Origin: Candidatus Peregrinibacteria bacterium RIFOXYA2_FULL_41_18
Lineage (GTDB): Bacteria > Patescibacteriota > Gracilibacteria > UBA1369 > UBA12470
Length of the DNA: 40,000 nucleotides
Assembly: GCA_001788795.1 (NCBI GenBank)
Contig: MFXH01000010.1
Location: 9,328-49,327 of the forward strand
Direction: 5' to 3'
The notes beneath the pieces were generated by a model that saw only the letters and a list, made by a program, of their open reading frames with translations, did not search any database and had not been told where the DNA came from. A program made the position numbers and the translations under genes. Below, in pieces: positions 8,656 through 17,479 of the stretch. How positions within the stretch are numbered: the first letter of the stretch is position 1; each line of letters starts with the position of its first letter.

Positions 8656-8919
8656 ATGAAATCGGAACATAAGAAAAAAGTGATCAAAAAACACGCCGTA
8701 CATGATAAAGATACTGGTTCTCCTCAAGTACAGGTCGCAATTCTAACCGAAAGAATTACAGAATTAAGCGGTCATCTCAAGTCTCATCCTAAGGACAATC
8801 ATTCTAGGAGTGGACTCATCAAGATGGTAGGCAAGAGACGCAAGCTTCTCACCTATTTGAAGCAAAGGAGCAAAGAGGCTTATGATAAGGTTGTGGACGC
8901 GTTGGATTTGAGAAAATAA
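8656..8919 (+). CDS. rpsO: 30S ribosomal protein S15
   Basis: 87 aa with GSPEVQVA-like ([14 protein letters not shown]) and HLKxHxKDxHSRxGL motifs. Confidence 0.97.
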   Translation: MKSEHKKKVIKKHAVHDKDTGSPQVQVAILTERITELSGHLKSHPKDNHSRSGLIKMVGKRRKLLTYLKQRSKEAYDKVVDALDLRK

Positions 8920-8924
8920 TTCAG

Positions 8925-8948
8925 AAGGCCCCCTCTTGGGGGCTTTTT
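8925..8948 (+). terminator. rpsO intrinsic terminator
   Basis: GCCCCC-tctt-GGGGGC followed by TTTTT. Confidence 0.75.
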
Positions 8949-9071
8949 ATGTTCTTTGAAAACTTGGCCAAGAAAAAGTTCCAAACGGTTTTTAAGAGGT
9001 GGATAGGAGGGAATATCGAATTCCGAATACGGAATACCGGTATTAGCTGCTACTTACTTCTTAGACCGTTC

Positions 9072-9094
9072 GCGCCACTGGCGCATTTTTTATT
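9072..9094 (+). promoter_or_regulatory. Short GC hairpin plus T-run in the pnp leader (possible attenuator or processing site)
   Basis: GCGCC-act-GGCGC followed by attttttatt, 52 nt before the pnp ATG. Confidence 0.35.
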
Positions 9095-9145
9095 AATCAA
9101 TCCTTATAGGGCCCTAAAGCCCTAATATCCTAAAACCCTATTCAT

Positions 9146-11272
9146 ATGGAAAATTCAGTTACATTAGATTTGGCTGGAAAACCTTTTACCTTAAAAACAG
9201 GTGAATTGGCTCTTCAAGCCGATGGTTCAGTTCTCGTTTCACTTGGCGATACGGTTGTTATCGCAACAGCTATGATGGGAGGCGTCAGACAAGGCACGGA
9301 TTTCTTCCCGTTAATGGTGGATTATGAAGAGAAGTTTTACGCTTCTGGCAAAATCAGCGGAAGCCGATTTATCAAGAGAGAAAGCAGACCTTCCGACAAT
9401 GCAGTTCTTACATCAAGACTTATAGACAGACCTCTTCGACCTCTTTTCCCTAAGAAAATGAGAAACGATGTGCAGGTTATCTGTACTGTTCTATCAGCGG
9501 ATCTTGAAGTAGATCCTGGGACTACGGCTCTTACAGGCGCTTCTATGGCGCTTATGTTATCAGGTATGCCTTTCAAAGGACCTGTTGCAGGTGTAAGAAT
9601 CGGACTTATCAAAGATGAAGCCGGAAACGAGAAATTGATCGTCAATCCGACTTATAAACAGGAGGAAGAAGGTCGATTGGACCTTGTCGTTGCAGGTACG
9701 GAAGATGCGATCACGATGGTTGAAGCCGGCGCGAAAGAGGTTTCTGAAGAAATAATGCTAAAGGCTCTTGATTTGGCTCACAAGCACATCAAGGAATTGT
9801 GCAAATTACAGAAGGAATTGGCTGCTAAAATCAAGGTTGAAGCTAAGGAATATATCGAGGTACCTATAAACCCTGAAGCTATCAAGGCTGTCTCTGAAAC
9901 AATTACAGAAAGTGAGCTTGATTCGATAAGCGGCATGACAAAACATGAAGTTAAGGAGAAAATTCATGTTCTCGAAGATAAATTGATCGAAAAATACAAA
10001 TCTCAAGTCGAAGAAGGAACCTTCACTGAAGGCGATCTTAAGGAGGCTTTTGATGAGGCTTTCAAGAAGAGGATGAGAAAAAACATTCTTGAAAAAGGCA
10101 TACGTTTGGATGCTCGAAAACCATCAGATATCAGACCTATCAAGTGTTCTGTCGGCGTATTGCCTAGAACTCATGGTTCAGCTCTGTTCCAAAGAGGTGA
10201 AACTCAAGCTCTTACAATCACAACTCTCGGTGCTCCCGGTGCCGCTCAATTGATCGACACTATGGATCAGGATACTACCAAGAGATACATGCATTATTAC
10301 AACTTCCCTCCTTATTCCACAGGCGAGGTAAAACCGCTTCGTGGCGCTTCAAGAAGAGAGGTTGGACATGGATATTTGGCTGAGAGATCTCTCGAACCGA
10401 TGATTCCTGCAAAAGAAGGTTTCGCTTATACGATGAGAGTCGTTTCTGAAATCCTGTCTTGCAACGGATCGAGCTCAATGGCTTCGGTTTGCGGATCGAC
10501 GCTTAGCTTGATGGATGCCGGCGTACCGCTTAAAGAACCTGTCGCAGGTATTGCGATGGGCCTTGTTACGGAAAATACAGATGGCGTTTTGACTCCTGGG
10601 GGCAAATATACGATCTTGAGCGACATTCAAGGTATGGAAGATTTCGCAGGTGATATGGACTTCAAGGTAACAGGTACAAAAAACGGAATTACAGCTTTGC
10701 AGATGGATATCAAGGTCAAGGGTTTGACTGTTGAAATCATGAAGGAAGCTCTGGCTAAGGCGACTGAAGGACGCGCTCATATTATGAGCAAAATGCTCGA
10801 GGCTTTGCCTGCTTCAAGAGCGCAACTTTCACCTTATGCTCCTCTTATCACCACAATCAAAATCAATCCTGAGAAAATCAGAGAGGTCATCGGGAAAGGT
10901 GGCGAAACGATTCAGAAAATCACTGCCGAATGTGGCGTTGAAATCGATATTGAGGACGAAGGTCTCGTTATGGTTACAGCTCCAAATCAAGAGAGCGGAC
11001 AAAAAGCTGTTGATTGGATTAACAGCATTGTCGCTGATCCGATTGTTGGAAACACATATGATGCCAAGGTCGTCAAAATTATGGAGTTCGGCGCATTCGT
11101 AGAGTTCATGCCCGGTAAACAAGGACTTGTTCATGTCTCAAAGCTTTCAGCTAAGAGAGTTGATAACGTTGAAGATGTTGTGCAAATGGGACAAGTGATT
11201 AAGGTTAAATTGATGGAAGTCGATAGAGAGGGAAGATATAATTTGTCTTATAAGGATGCGAAGCAGGAGTAA
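9146..11272 (+). CDS. pnp: Polyribonucleotide nucleotidyltransferase (PNPase)
   Basis: 708 aa with two RNase PH domains, a KH domain (GKGGETIQKI) and an S1 domain, in classical rpsO-pnp synteny. Confidence 0.97.
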   Translation: MENSVTLDLAGKPFTLKTGELALQADGSVLVSLGDTVVIATAMMGGVRQGTDFFPLMVDYEEKFYASGKISGSRFIKRESRPSDNAVLTSRLIDRPLRPLFPKKMRNDVQVICTVLSADLEVDPGTTALTGASMALMLSGMPFKGPVAGVRIGLIKDEAGNEKLIVNPTYKQEEEGRLDLVVAGTEDAITMVEAGAKEVSEEIMLKALDLAHKHIKELCKLQKELAAKIKVEAKEYIEVPINPEAIKAVSETITESELDSISGMTKHEVKEKIHVLEDKLIEKYKSQVEEGTFTEGDLKEAFDEAFKKRMRKNILEKGIRLDARKPSDIRPIKCSVGVLPRTHGSALFQRGETQALTITTLGAPGAAQLIDTMDQDTTKRYMHYYNFPPYSTGEVKPLRGASRREVGHGYLAERSLEPMIPAKEGFAYTMRVVSEILSCNGSSSMASVCGSTLSLMDAGVPLKEPVAGIAMGLVTENTDGVLTPGGKYTILSDIQGMEDFAGDMDFKVTGTKNGITALQMDIKVKGLTVEIMKEALAKATEGRAHIMSKMLEALPASRAQLSPYAPLITTIKINPEKIREVIGKGGETIQKITAECGVEIDIEDEGLVMVTAPNQESGQKAVDWINSIVADPIVGNTYDAKVVKIMEFGAFVEFMPGKQGLVHVSKLSAKRVDNVEDVVQMGQVIKVKLMEVDREGRYNLSYKDAKQE

Positions 11273-11294
11273 GGATCAAGACACAAGACACAGA
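11270..11294 (+). repeat. Stop-adjacent module M1 taaggaTcaagacacaagacacaga
   Basis: Its first three bases are the pnp TAA stop. The sibling copy is at 7891..7915. Confidence 0.8.
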
Positions 11295-11299
11295 CAGCA

Positions 11300-11343
11300 G
11301 AGGAGAAGTAGGGGAAGTTGGGGAAGTGACATAGTGACATAGT
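11300..11343 (+). repeat. Module M2: gaggagaagta-ggggaagtt-ggggaagt-gacatagt-gacatagt
   Basis: Tandem 8-9-nt purine-rich words ending in a duplicated GTGACATAG core. Related copies are at 12635, 14761 and 35047. Confidence 0.8.
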
Positions 11344-11366
11344 CGGGATTCGATATTCGACTCACA

Positions 11367-12644
11367 ATGAACATTCTCAAAGAAGTCTTAAGTCATGAAG
11401 TGATGCCGTCCATGGGTTGCACAGAACCCGTGGCGGTTGCGCTTGCGGCGGCTCATGCTAGTCGTGCTGTCGGTGGTAAGGTTTGGCGAGTTGTTGCCGA
11501 ATTGGATCCGGGGACTTTTAAGAATGGAATGAATGTATTTATTCCGGGTACTAATGGGGCTGTCGGCATACCTATAGCGATGGCTCTCGGTGCTATTTGC
11601 GGAGATCCTAAGAATGGACTCAATTTACTCAAAAATATAGATTCGAAATGCCTGAAAGAGGCTGAAAAACTTGTTGCTCAGCATGAGATTTCCATCAAGC
11701 CGAATTTCTCAAAAGATTATCTTTATATAAAAGTAAAAGTTAAGACTGATAAGGGTGAAGGAATCGCGAAAATCGTTAGAGGACATACAAATCTCGTCGA
11801 GCTGAAAAAAAATGGCTTGCGAATAAAAGGTACCGGTGCGAAAACCGGCTGCGAGGTTGAAAATTACAGGGAGTTTTTGAGAAAATTAAGCATAAAAGAT
11901 CTTATAAAAGCTGCTGAAAATGCAGACAAGAAAGAGCTCGCATATATGAAGGAAGGTGTTGAAATGAATCTCAAAGCATCAAAAGAAGGCATGAAGTACA
12001 AAGGGTTCGCTCATCAAATTTCTCAAATGGTTAAATCAGGTGTTTTGAAAGATGATTTTTTCTCTAAAACAAAGGTAATCGTTTCTGCGGCTTCCGATGG
12101 ACGTATGGCCGGAATGAGCCTTCCCGTAATGAGTAGCGGAAGTTCCGGTAATCAAGGAGTTGTAGCCGTCCTCGTACCTTACCTGTTCGGAAAAGAAAAC
12201 GGAGTTGCCAATGAGAAGATAATGAAAAGTATCGCCTTATCTCACCTATTGAATGCTTATGTAAAAGCTTTTGCCGGAGAACTCTCCCCTATCTGCCAAT
12301 GTGCGATTGCAGCAGGAGTTGGTGCGGCCGCAGCGTGCGTTTATCAACGCAAAAACGATATGAAATTGATTGGGCACGCAATAAATAATGTTGCTAACGA
12401 TCTTGGCGGAATGTTCTGCAATGGTGCAAACCTCGGATGTGCCATAAAAGTAGCCAGTTCCGCTGAAGCTGCCATCACATCGGCATTGGTTGCTCTCAAT
12501 GGATTCTGCATTTCCGATTCAAACGGAATCATTGGTGCCACGCCTGAGGAAACCCTGCAGAATCTTGCCAAAATAACGTGCGAAGGTATGGGCAAGACTA
12601 ATGAAGTTATTCTCGGGATTATGAAGAGGCAGGCGGAGGTGTAG
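11367..12644 (+). CDS. UPF0597/YhaM-like protein (serine dehydratase alpha-like, L-cysteine desulfidase family)
   Basis: 425 aa with the N-terminal PSMGCTEPVAVALAAA motif characteristic of this family. Confidence 0.8.
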   Translation: MNILKEVLSHEVMPSMGCTEPVAVALAAAHASRAVGGKVWRVVAELDPGTFKNGMNVFIPGTNGAVGIPIAMALGAICGDPKNGLNLLKNIDSKCLKEAEKLVAQHEISIKPNFSKDYLYIKVKVKTDKGEGIAKIVRGHTNLVELKKNGLRIKGTGAKTGCEVENYREFLRKLSIKDLIKAAENADKKELAYMKEGVEMNLKASKEGMKYKGFAHQISQMVKSGVLKDDFFSKTKVIVSAASDGRMAGMSLPVMSSGSSGNQGVVAVLVPYLFGKENGVANEKIMKSIALSHLLNAYVKAFAGELSPICQCAIAAGVGAAAACVYQRKNDMKLIGHAINNVANDLGGMFCNGANLGCAIKVASSAEAAITSALVALNGFCISDSNGIIGATPEETLQNLAKITCEGMGKTNEVILGIMKRQAEV

Positions 12645-12680
12645 GGAGAAGTTGGGGAAGTAGGAGGAGTGACGTAGTGA
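12635..12680 (+). repeat. Module M2 copy spanning the stop codon of the YhaM-like gene
   Basis: ggaggtgTAGggagaagttggggaagtaggaggagtgacgtagtga. The gene's TAG is at 12642..12644, inside the module. Confidence 0.8.
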
Positions 12681-12711
12681 AAGGCCCTCGGTTTTTCACG
12701 AGAGCCTTTTT
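12681..12711 (+). terminator. Intrinsic terminator (possibly shared with the convergent 12723 gene)
   Basis: aaggcCctcg-gtttttca-cgagAgcctt (9 of 10 bp) followed by a T-run. The reverse orientation has only a short T-run. Confidence 0.65.
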
Positions 12712-12722
12712 GTGATTATTAC

Positions 12723-13178
12723 TTACAATGTTGGCGTTTTCAGAGCGAATGTTTCAATTATATTCGGGATTTGATCCATTTGCTGACCGTATTGCTGATT
12801 ATAGTCTTGAGCGATTGAATATGCGAAGATGCAGTTTCCGTTCTCTCCAAGGTACTGAGGTCTTGGCCCATCAGATGCTTCGATCTGAGTCCATTGAGTT
12901 TTTGAATGAATGCTTATATTGAAGAAAGAATCTTCTTCAAATCCGAAATCTACAGAATCGCTTGTGCCTAAGTCTCCCCAATCCAATATCCTACCTGCAG
13001 ATCCGTATCCTTCCCATGAATCTGGGAATGTTAATATGAATCCATATTCGGAATTTTCATAAGTGGAGTTCACTACTTCTTCCGCTTGCGTTTGGATGTA
13101 ATAGAATCCTCCGCTCACTATGATCGCGCTCAGAAGCAATCCGACGATCATAATTTTTGCATTGTTTTGTCTTTCCAT
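12723..13178 (-). CDS. N-terminally anchored or exported hypothetical protein
   Basis: 151 aa with one N-terminal hydrophobic helix and no recognised family. Confidence 0.55.
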   Translation of the reverse strand: MERQNNAKIMIVGLLLSAIIVSGGFYYIQTQAEEVVNSTYENSEYGFILTFPDSWEGYGSAGRILDWGDLGTSDSVDFGFEEDSFFNISIHSKTQWTQIEASDGPRPQYLGENGNCIFAYSIAQDYNQQYGQQMDQIPNIIETFALKTPTL

Positions 13179-13296
13179 AGTTGTTTTTGGTTAGTGATTA
13201 AGACGCTTATATAATTCTGGATTTGCATTTTTATTACATTTTTCAGCGAATAATGTTATCATTTTCCCCTTTCTACCATTTAAAATTCGTATACCC

Positions 13297-14796
13297 ATGA
13301 CAAAAGGACCAACCACTCTTCCTTCTTGGGTTCACTCAAATCCTGTTGCTCTCGGCCATGCCGAACGCATTGCGCCGACTATTGAAGATGCTCAAGAGGA
13401 TATAGGAAGACACATCCGTGCTGTCATTAAGAAAGTTTTTGAAGATCCTGATATCCGAAAAGCCGGTAAAGGTGCTGTAATCAGATACACAACAATGTGC
13501 GGTGAAGTTATCCGTAGAATCTTGGCAATGAAGGAGATGGATCCTGGGCTTATAAATGTTCTTGCTATCGGTGATGTCACTCTACCTCCCGAAGCGAAAA
13601 CAACTATGGATGAGCTTGTTGAGGCGGCACATGGATATGAACGTGAACTTACAGCAGAAGGATACGGATATGATTTAGCTTCTCAGGGTTCGCTTAGAGC
13701 AAGAAGCGCTACTATTGATTATCTAGATAGTCATTATGGATTTTCGGCGCAAGAAGGATTGAGAGATGTCTTGGTTAAAAATACCGGAGTTTCAAGTGGA
13801 GGCATGCGCGCGCTCAACGATATAGCATCTTCATTTGTTCTCAGTGCAACTAGGGATAGAGAACACCCCTCACGACCTCGCTTCATACAACCTGATAACA
13901 GCTTCGGGACATGGCGACAGATAGCGAAAAATTCAAGCATGGATGGACGGGAAGCCGATATCCACACTATCAATACCGAACAGAAGAATTTACTGCATTT
14001 AACGGCATCTCAAGTTGATGATTTTTACGCCTCAAATCCTCATGAAACCGAAGATCGGAAATATAGCGATTTATGGTATATCACCCCTGTTGGGAATCCT
14101 TCCGGCACAAGAATGACGCCTTCCCAATTGTCAGATGTCGCTAAGGCGATCGTTAGGAATAATCCAAATGCAACAATAGTTTTGGATTGCGTATATGTCA
14201 GAACTCTTCGGAAAGAGGATGCCAACGCATTGCTTAAAGATATTATTTCCGACCCTACCGTAATGGATAGAGTGCTTTTTGTTGAAAGCTTATCGAAAAC
14301 CCATGGCATACCTGGGAAGAGAGTTGGAGTTTATTTCTCTAAAAATCCGGATATTTTCGGGAAAGTTCTGAATCTCAATATGACAGTATCCGCCGGTAAC
14401 GGATATGATAAAGATGCATTGCTGCTTGCGGTCGCAAATTCCACTCCGGAACAAGAGAAGGTTTTCAAAGACCTGCATGAATTCTGGGCTCGCGAAAGGC
14501 GCGGACTTTTCCACTACTTAAGGCAGCCTCAATTCTCGTATTTATTCGATGAAGATCAGAGCCATATAACTCCCGAACAGATGGAAAACCCTCTCGGGCT
14601 TTATTTATTTATGAAGCTTGAATCAGGTGTCACTTATCAAGATGTTGCAATTGCAACAGGCTGTTTGGGTGTTGAAGATAAGGATATGGGCGCCGGAACG
14701 TTTATTCGATTCTCCGTTGGAAAAATAACCGAACCGACCTATGCGAAGTATATTCCGGAAGTAGAAGAAGTTGGGGAAGTTGGAGAAGTGACGTAG
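13297..14796 (+). CDS. Class I/II (fold type I) PLP-dependent aminotransferase, long form
   Basis: Contains GNPSGT, a DxVY-like LDCVY, and SLSKTHGIPGKRVG (the SxSKxxxxxGxRxG PLP-lysine motif). The C-terminal EVEEVGEVGEVT is encoded by an M2 repeat. Confidence 0.8.
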   Translation: MTKGPTTLPSWVHSNPVALGHAERIAPTIEDAQEDIGRHIRAVIKKVFEDPDIRKAGKGAVIRYTTMCGEVIRRILAMKEMDPGLINVLAIGDVTLPPEAKTTMDELVEAAHGYERELTAEGYGYDLASQGSLRARSATIDYLDSHYGFSAQEGLRDVLVKNTGVSSGGMRALNDIASSFVLSATRDREHPSRPRFIQPDNSFGTWRQIAKNSSMDGREADIHTINTEQKNLLHLTASQVDDFYASNPHETEDRKYSDLWYITPVGNPSGTRMTPSQLSDVAKAIVRNNPNATIVLDCVYVRTLRKEDANALLKDIISDPTVMDRVLFVESLSKTHGIPGKRVGVYFSKNPDIFGKVLNLNMTVSAGNGYDKDALLLAVANSTPEQEKVFKDLHEFWARERRGLFHYLRQPQFSYLFDEDQSHITPEQMENPLGLYLFMKLESGVTYQDVAIATGCLGVEDKDMGAGTFIRFSVGKITEPTYAKYIPEVEEVGEVGEVT

Positions 14797-14797
14797 T
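14761..14797 (+). repeat. Module M2 copy translated as the aminotransferase C-terminus
   Basis: gtagaagaagttggggaagttggagaagtgacgTAGt. The core TAG is the gene's stop codon. Confidence 0.8.
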
Positions 14798-14859
14798 TTG
14801 CAATTTCAGGTTGAAAAAAGAATGGGTTTCGTATAGATTTGATGCGCAAAAAAAATCGC

Positions 14860-14934
14860 GCAGGTATCGTATAGTGGCTATTATGCAGCCTTGCCAAGGC
14901 TGAGAGACGGGTTCGATTCCCGTTACCTGCTCCA
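14860..14934 (+). tRNA. tRNA-Gly (anticodon GCC), CCA encoded
   Basis: Hand-folded. Acceptor gcaggta/tacctgc, anticodon stem cagcc/ggctg with loop ttGCCaa, T arm acggg-ttcgatt-cccgt, discriminator T, then CCA. The D stem has one GU pair and one mismatch. Confidence 0.92.
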
Positions 14935-14994
14935 CAGGCCGGAAGCGAAGCGAACGGCCCATATTATCAAACTGATTGCGGATGCAATCTCCTT
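14932..14994 (+). repeat. Two-hairpin element, copy A (starts within the tRNA CCA end)
   Basis: Hairpin 1 is GGCCG-13 nt-CGGCC and hairpin 2 is GATTGC-ggat-GCAATC. It is homologous to 23410..23473. Confidence 0.8.
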
Positions 14995-15025
14995 ATACGA
15001 ATCCTAAAGGTTTGTTTTAGCATTT

Positions 15026-16348
15026 TTAAAATTCTTCACATCCGATTCTTCCGCCATCCAATTCATAATCCATTTTAAGCCAACTGAAATCCATTTCATT
15101 CGCTTGAGCGCAAAACTCTTCCGGTTCAAGTTCGTATTCGACACCGAAAACAGCTTTGTTTTGATCTATAAATTCAGTTAATGACTCGCACTCGTCATAT
15201 TCGAAGCATTGTTCATTCACGGCAAAATCAAAGTAATCAACTAAGTCATCGATTTGGTCCAGTGCGTTTTTAAGTCCCACGGATAAATTTCTTTCATGAG
15301 CTTCTTCTGCAATCCATTTGCTATAAATAATCTGATCATCATAAGTCAAATCAAATCCGCTATCATTCGAATATCCATCCATATTATCAGGCTCTACACC
15401 ATCACATTCTTTCTCTACGGCCAAATCCAGCCTATCTTCCATTATTGATGCAAATTCTTGATAACTTGAAACATCGAGCCATTTTTCATCTTCCCATCCT
15501 TCAAGAGTTTCTCCCAAAACTTCTTCCGGAAAATCTTCGGCATCATCTCGAAATTCCTCAAAACTTCCGGCTGAAAAATAACAAATAACTTTTTTATTTT
15601 CCGAATGCAAATCATCGATCACGCTCTGAGGAGTGTCGAAAAGATCAATATCGTACATATCAACATCATAATCCGTATCTATATCTCCCGATAATTGCCA
15701 TTGCCATGAAGTTTCCGGAGTCGGTTGGTACCAAGCAGCATCATCATTAAAAATCAAAACATCATCTTCATAAATCATCGAATCAGAATCCAATATGTTT
15801 TCTCTTAGCCTATAAATCATTTCCACCATATCTCCACGAGTAATTTCCTTATCAATCTCGGTAATTGTTGTAGGGATTGCGTTCTTGTCTGATAACTCCT
15901 GTATAAAAGGTTGATACCAAATATCCCAATCCGAATTTGTCTCAATCTCAAATCCAAGGAGAATGATTTTTGCAGCTTCGACAAAGGAAATGTCATATTC
16001 AGGATGGAAAAAACCGTCAGGATACCCTTCTATTATCAAATTTGTTTTCGCCGTGCATACATATTTTGCAAACCATTCGTTTGATACATCGGGAAAGCAA
16101 TTTTCTCCTGATATTTCTTCCGAATCAAGAATGGATTCGATTATTATTTTTACGAATTCCGCTCTGTTTATGTTGTCGTCAGGACGAAAAGTATTGTCAT
16201 CGTACCCCTCAATAATTCCTTCTTCTTGTGCATATAAAATTGCTTCATAAAACTGATTTCCGCTATTAACATCTGAAAAATAACCGTAAGAAGGCATTAT
16301 TTGCACGAAAAACAGGAATACTATTATGAGTTGTAATGTTTTTTTCAT
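15026..16348 (-). CDS. Secreted SLH-domain protein with a GH114 (endo-alpha-1,4-polygalactosaminidase-like) catalytic domain
   Basis: Signal peptide, then SLH motifs (FSDV...FRPDDNINRAEFVKII). The GH114 signature runs WQWQL...VICYFSAGSFE...DGVEPDNMDGY...GLKN. Confidence 0.85.
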   Translation of the reverse strand: MKKTLQLIIVFLFFVQIMPSYGYFSDVNSGNQFYEAILYAQEEGIIEGYDDNTFRPDDNINRAEFVKIIIESILDSEEISGENCFPDVSNEWFAKYVCTAKTNLIIEGYPDGFFHPEYDISFVEAAKIILLGFEIETNSDWDIWYQPFIQELSDKNAIPTTITEIDKEITRGDMVEMIYRLRENILDSDSMIYEDDVLIFNDDAAWYQPTPETSWQWQLSGDIDTDYDVDMYDIDLFDTPQSVIDDLHSENKKVICYFSAGSFEEFRDDAEDFPEEVLGETLEGWEDEKWLDVSSYQEFASIMEDRLDLAVEKECDGVEPDNMDGYSNDSGFDLTYDDQIIYSKWIAEEAHERNLSVGLKNALDQIDDLVDYFDFAVNEQCFEYDECESLTEFIDQNKAVFGVEYELEPEEFCAQANEMDFSWLKMDYELDGGRIGCEEF

Positions 16349-16490
16349 ATTTGTTTTAATAAAAACAGTAGAAGTATAAGTTTATTATTTGTAATTGTTC
16401 AATAGCTTTGCATTACTAATGTTGTTTTCAATGGCGATGGAGTGTATATGCTTTATCTGTATCCTTCGATATATTTTCTAAGAAATCAAA

Positions 16491-17450
16491 ATGAGAAAAA
16501 TCATAATTCTACTTCTGGTTTTATCTCTCTCCGGATGTTCCGATTCTATAGAATCCAATATAAATACTCCTGTCGAACAGGGTTCTTCTACCACTTATGA
16601 ACAGGTTTGTGTGCTAGGAGAAGACATCTCCGGACCTTGGACGGGCAGTTTATTCGGAAAATGGCTTGATTCTGATGGCAATCAGAAAACACCGGAAAAT
16701 TTCATGTTTGTTGAAGGTGCTGGGGTTCCTTCATTGATAAATGACGGCAATGGTAGATTAATCGCAGCATTTCAGTGGTTCACATGTGACGATCCGGATG
16801 CTTTTGATAAAATTGCTGTTTCTTTTTCGGAAGATGATGGCAAGACTTGGTCAGAACCCGAGTCGATAAAAATAGATGGCATGGCTGACAATCTCTCCAG
16901 ACCTTTCGATCCGACTTTGGCAATTACTCCTGATGGAGAAATTCGCATGTTTTTTACGGTTAATCTGAATAGCATGATGCTTGGGAAAGATACAGATATT
17001 TATTCCGCAGTTTCAACCGATGGCGTGAATTATGTTTTTGAAGATGTGCCAAGCTTCTCTCTTGATGACACTGCCGTGTATGATTCGGCTGAGATTTATT
17101 GGAATGACTTATGGTATTTGATTGCGCCAAAAAACATCTCTGAACCTTATGGCGCTTATTTCGCAACATCTGAAGATGGCGTGAATTTCACGGAGCAAGA
17201 AACCATTTATCAGCCTACCGACTTCAATTGGCTCGGTAATTTCTATGATGGTGGAGATACTCTTTATTTCTACGGCATGGATATGGGCATGGAGGGTAGC
17301 AAAGGAATCGGAATAATCGAAACGACAGACGGCATAAACTGGTCCGATCCGAAATATGTCGGTCTTTTTGGAGGAGATCCGGCTTATGCGTGTACGGATA
17401 GTGGTGATTGCCTTCTTATAGCTACGGGGGGGCAGACTAAGGATTTATAA
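16491..17450 (+). CDS. Lipoprotein with BNR/Asp-box repeats (sialidase-like beta-propeller)
   Basis: Lipobox LSLSGC. Asp-box-like SEDDGKTW, STDGVNY, SEDGVNF and TTDGINW. Confidence 0.7.
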   Translation: MRKIIILLLVLSLSGCSDSIESNINTPVEQGSSTTYEQVCVLGEDISGPWTGSLFGKWLDSDGNQKTPENFMFVEGAGVPSLINDGNGRLIAAFQWFTCDDPDAFDKIAVSFSEDDGKTWSEPESIKIDGMADNLSRPFDPTLAITPDGEIRMFFTVNLNSMMLGKDTDIYSAVSTDGVNYVFEDVPSFSLDDTAVYDSAEIYWNDLWYLIAPKNISEPYGAYFATSEDGVNFTEQETIYQPTDFNWLGNFYDGGDTLYFYGMDMGMEGSKGIGIIETTDGINWSDPKYVGLFGGDPAYACTDSGDCLLIATGGQTKDL

Positions 17451-17479
17451 ATTTCTATTTATTTAAAATTGTAAGGTCT

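Noticed and set aside
8950-9071. Independent small-RNA gene between the rpsO terminator and the 9072 hairpin
   Set aside because: I found no convincing promoter hexamers, so it is treated as a pnp leader or readthrough region pending transcript data.
9101-9142. CCCTAAA-type (telomere-like) repeats upstream of pnp
   Set aside because: There are only 3-4 degenerate units inside a 5' leader, which fits the genome's general C/U/A-word leaders and not a telomeric or replication function.
11300-11343. Tandem-word modules as a CRISPR array or minisatellite
   Set aside because: The units are only 8-9 nt, contiguous, degenerate and without spacers, there are at most 5 per locus, and there are no cas genes.
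14702-14962. 86-aa minus-strand ORF covering the tRNA-Gly gene
   Set aside because: It spans a well-folding tRNA and the aminotransferase 3' end, so it is spurious.
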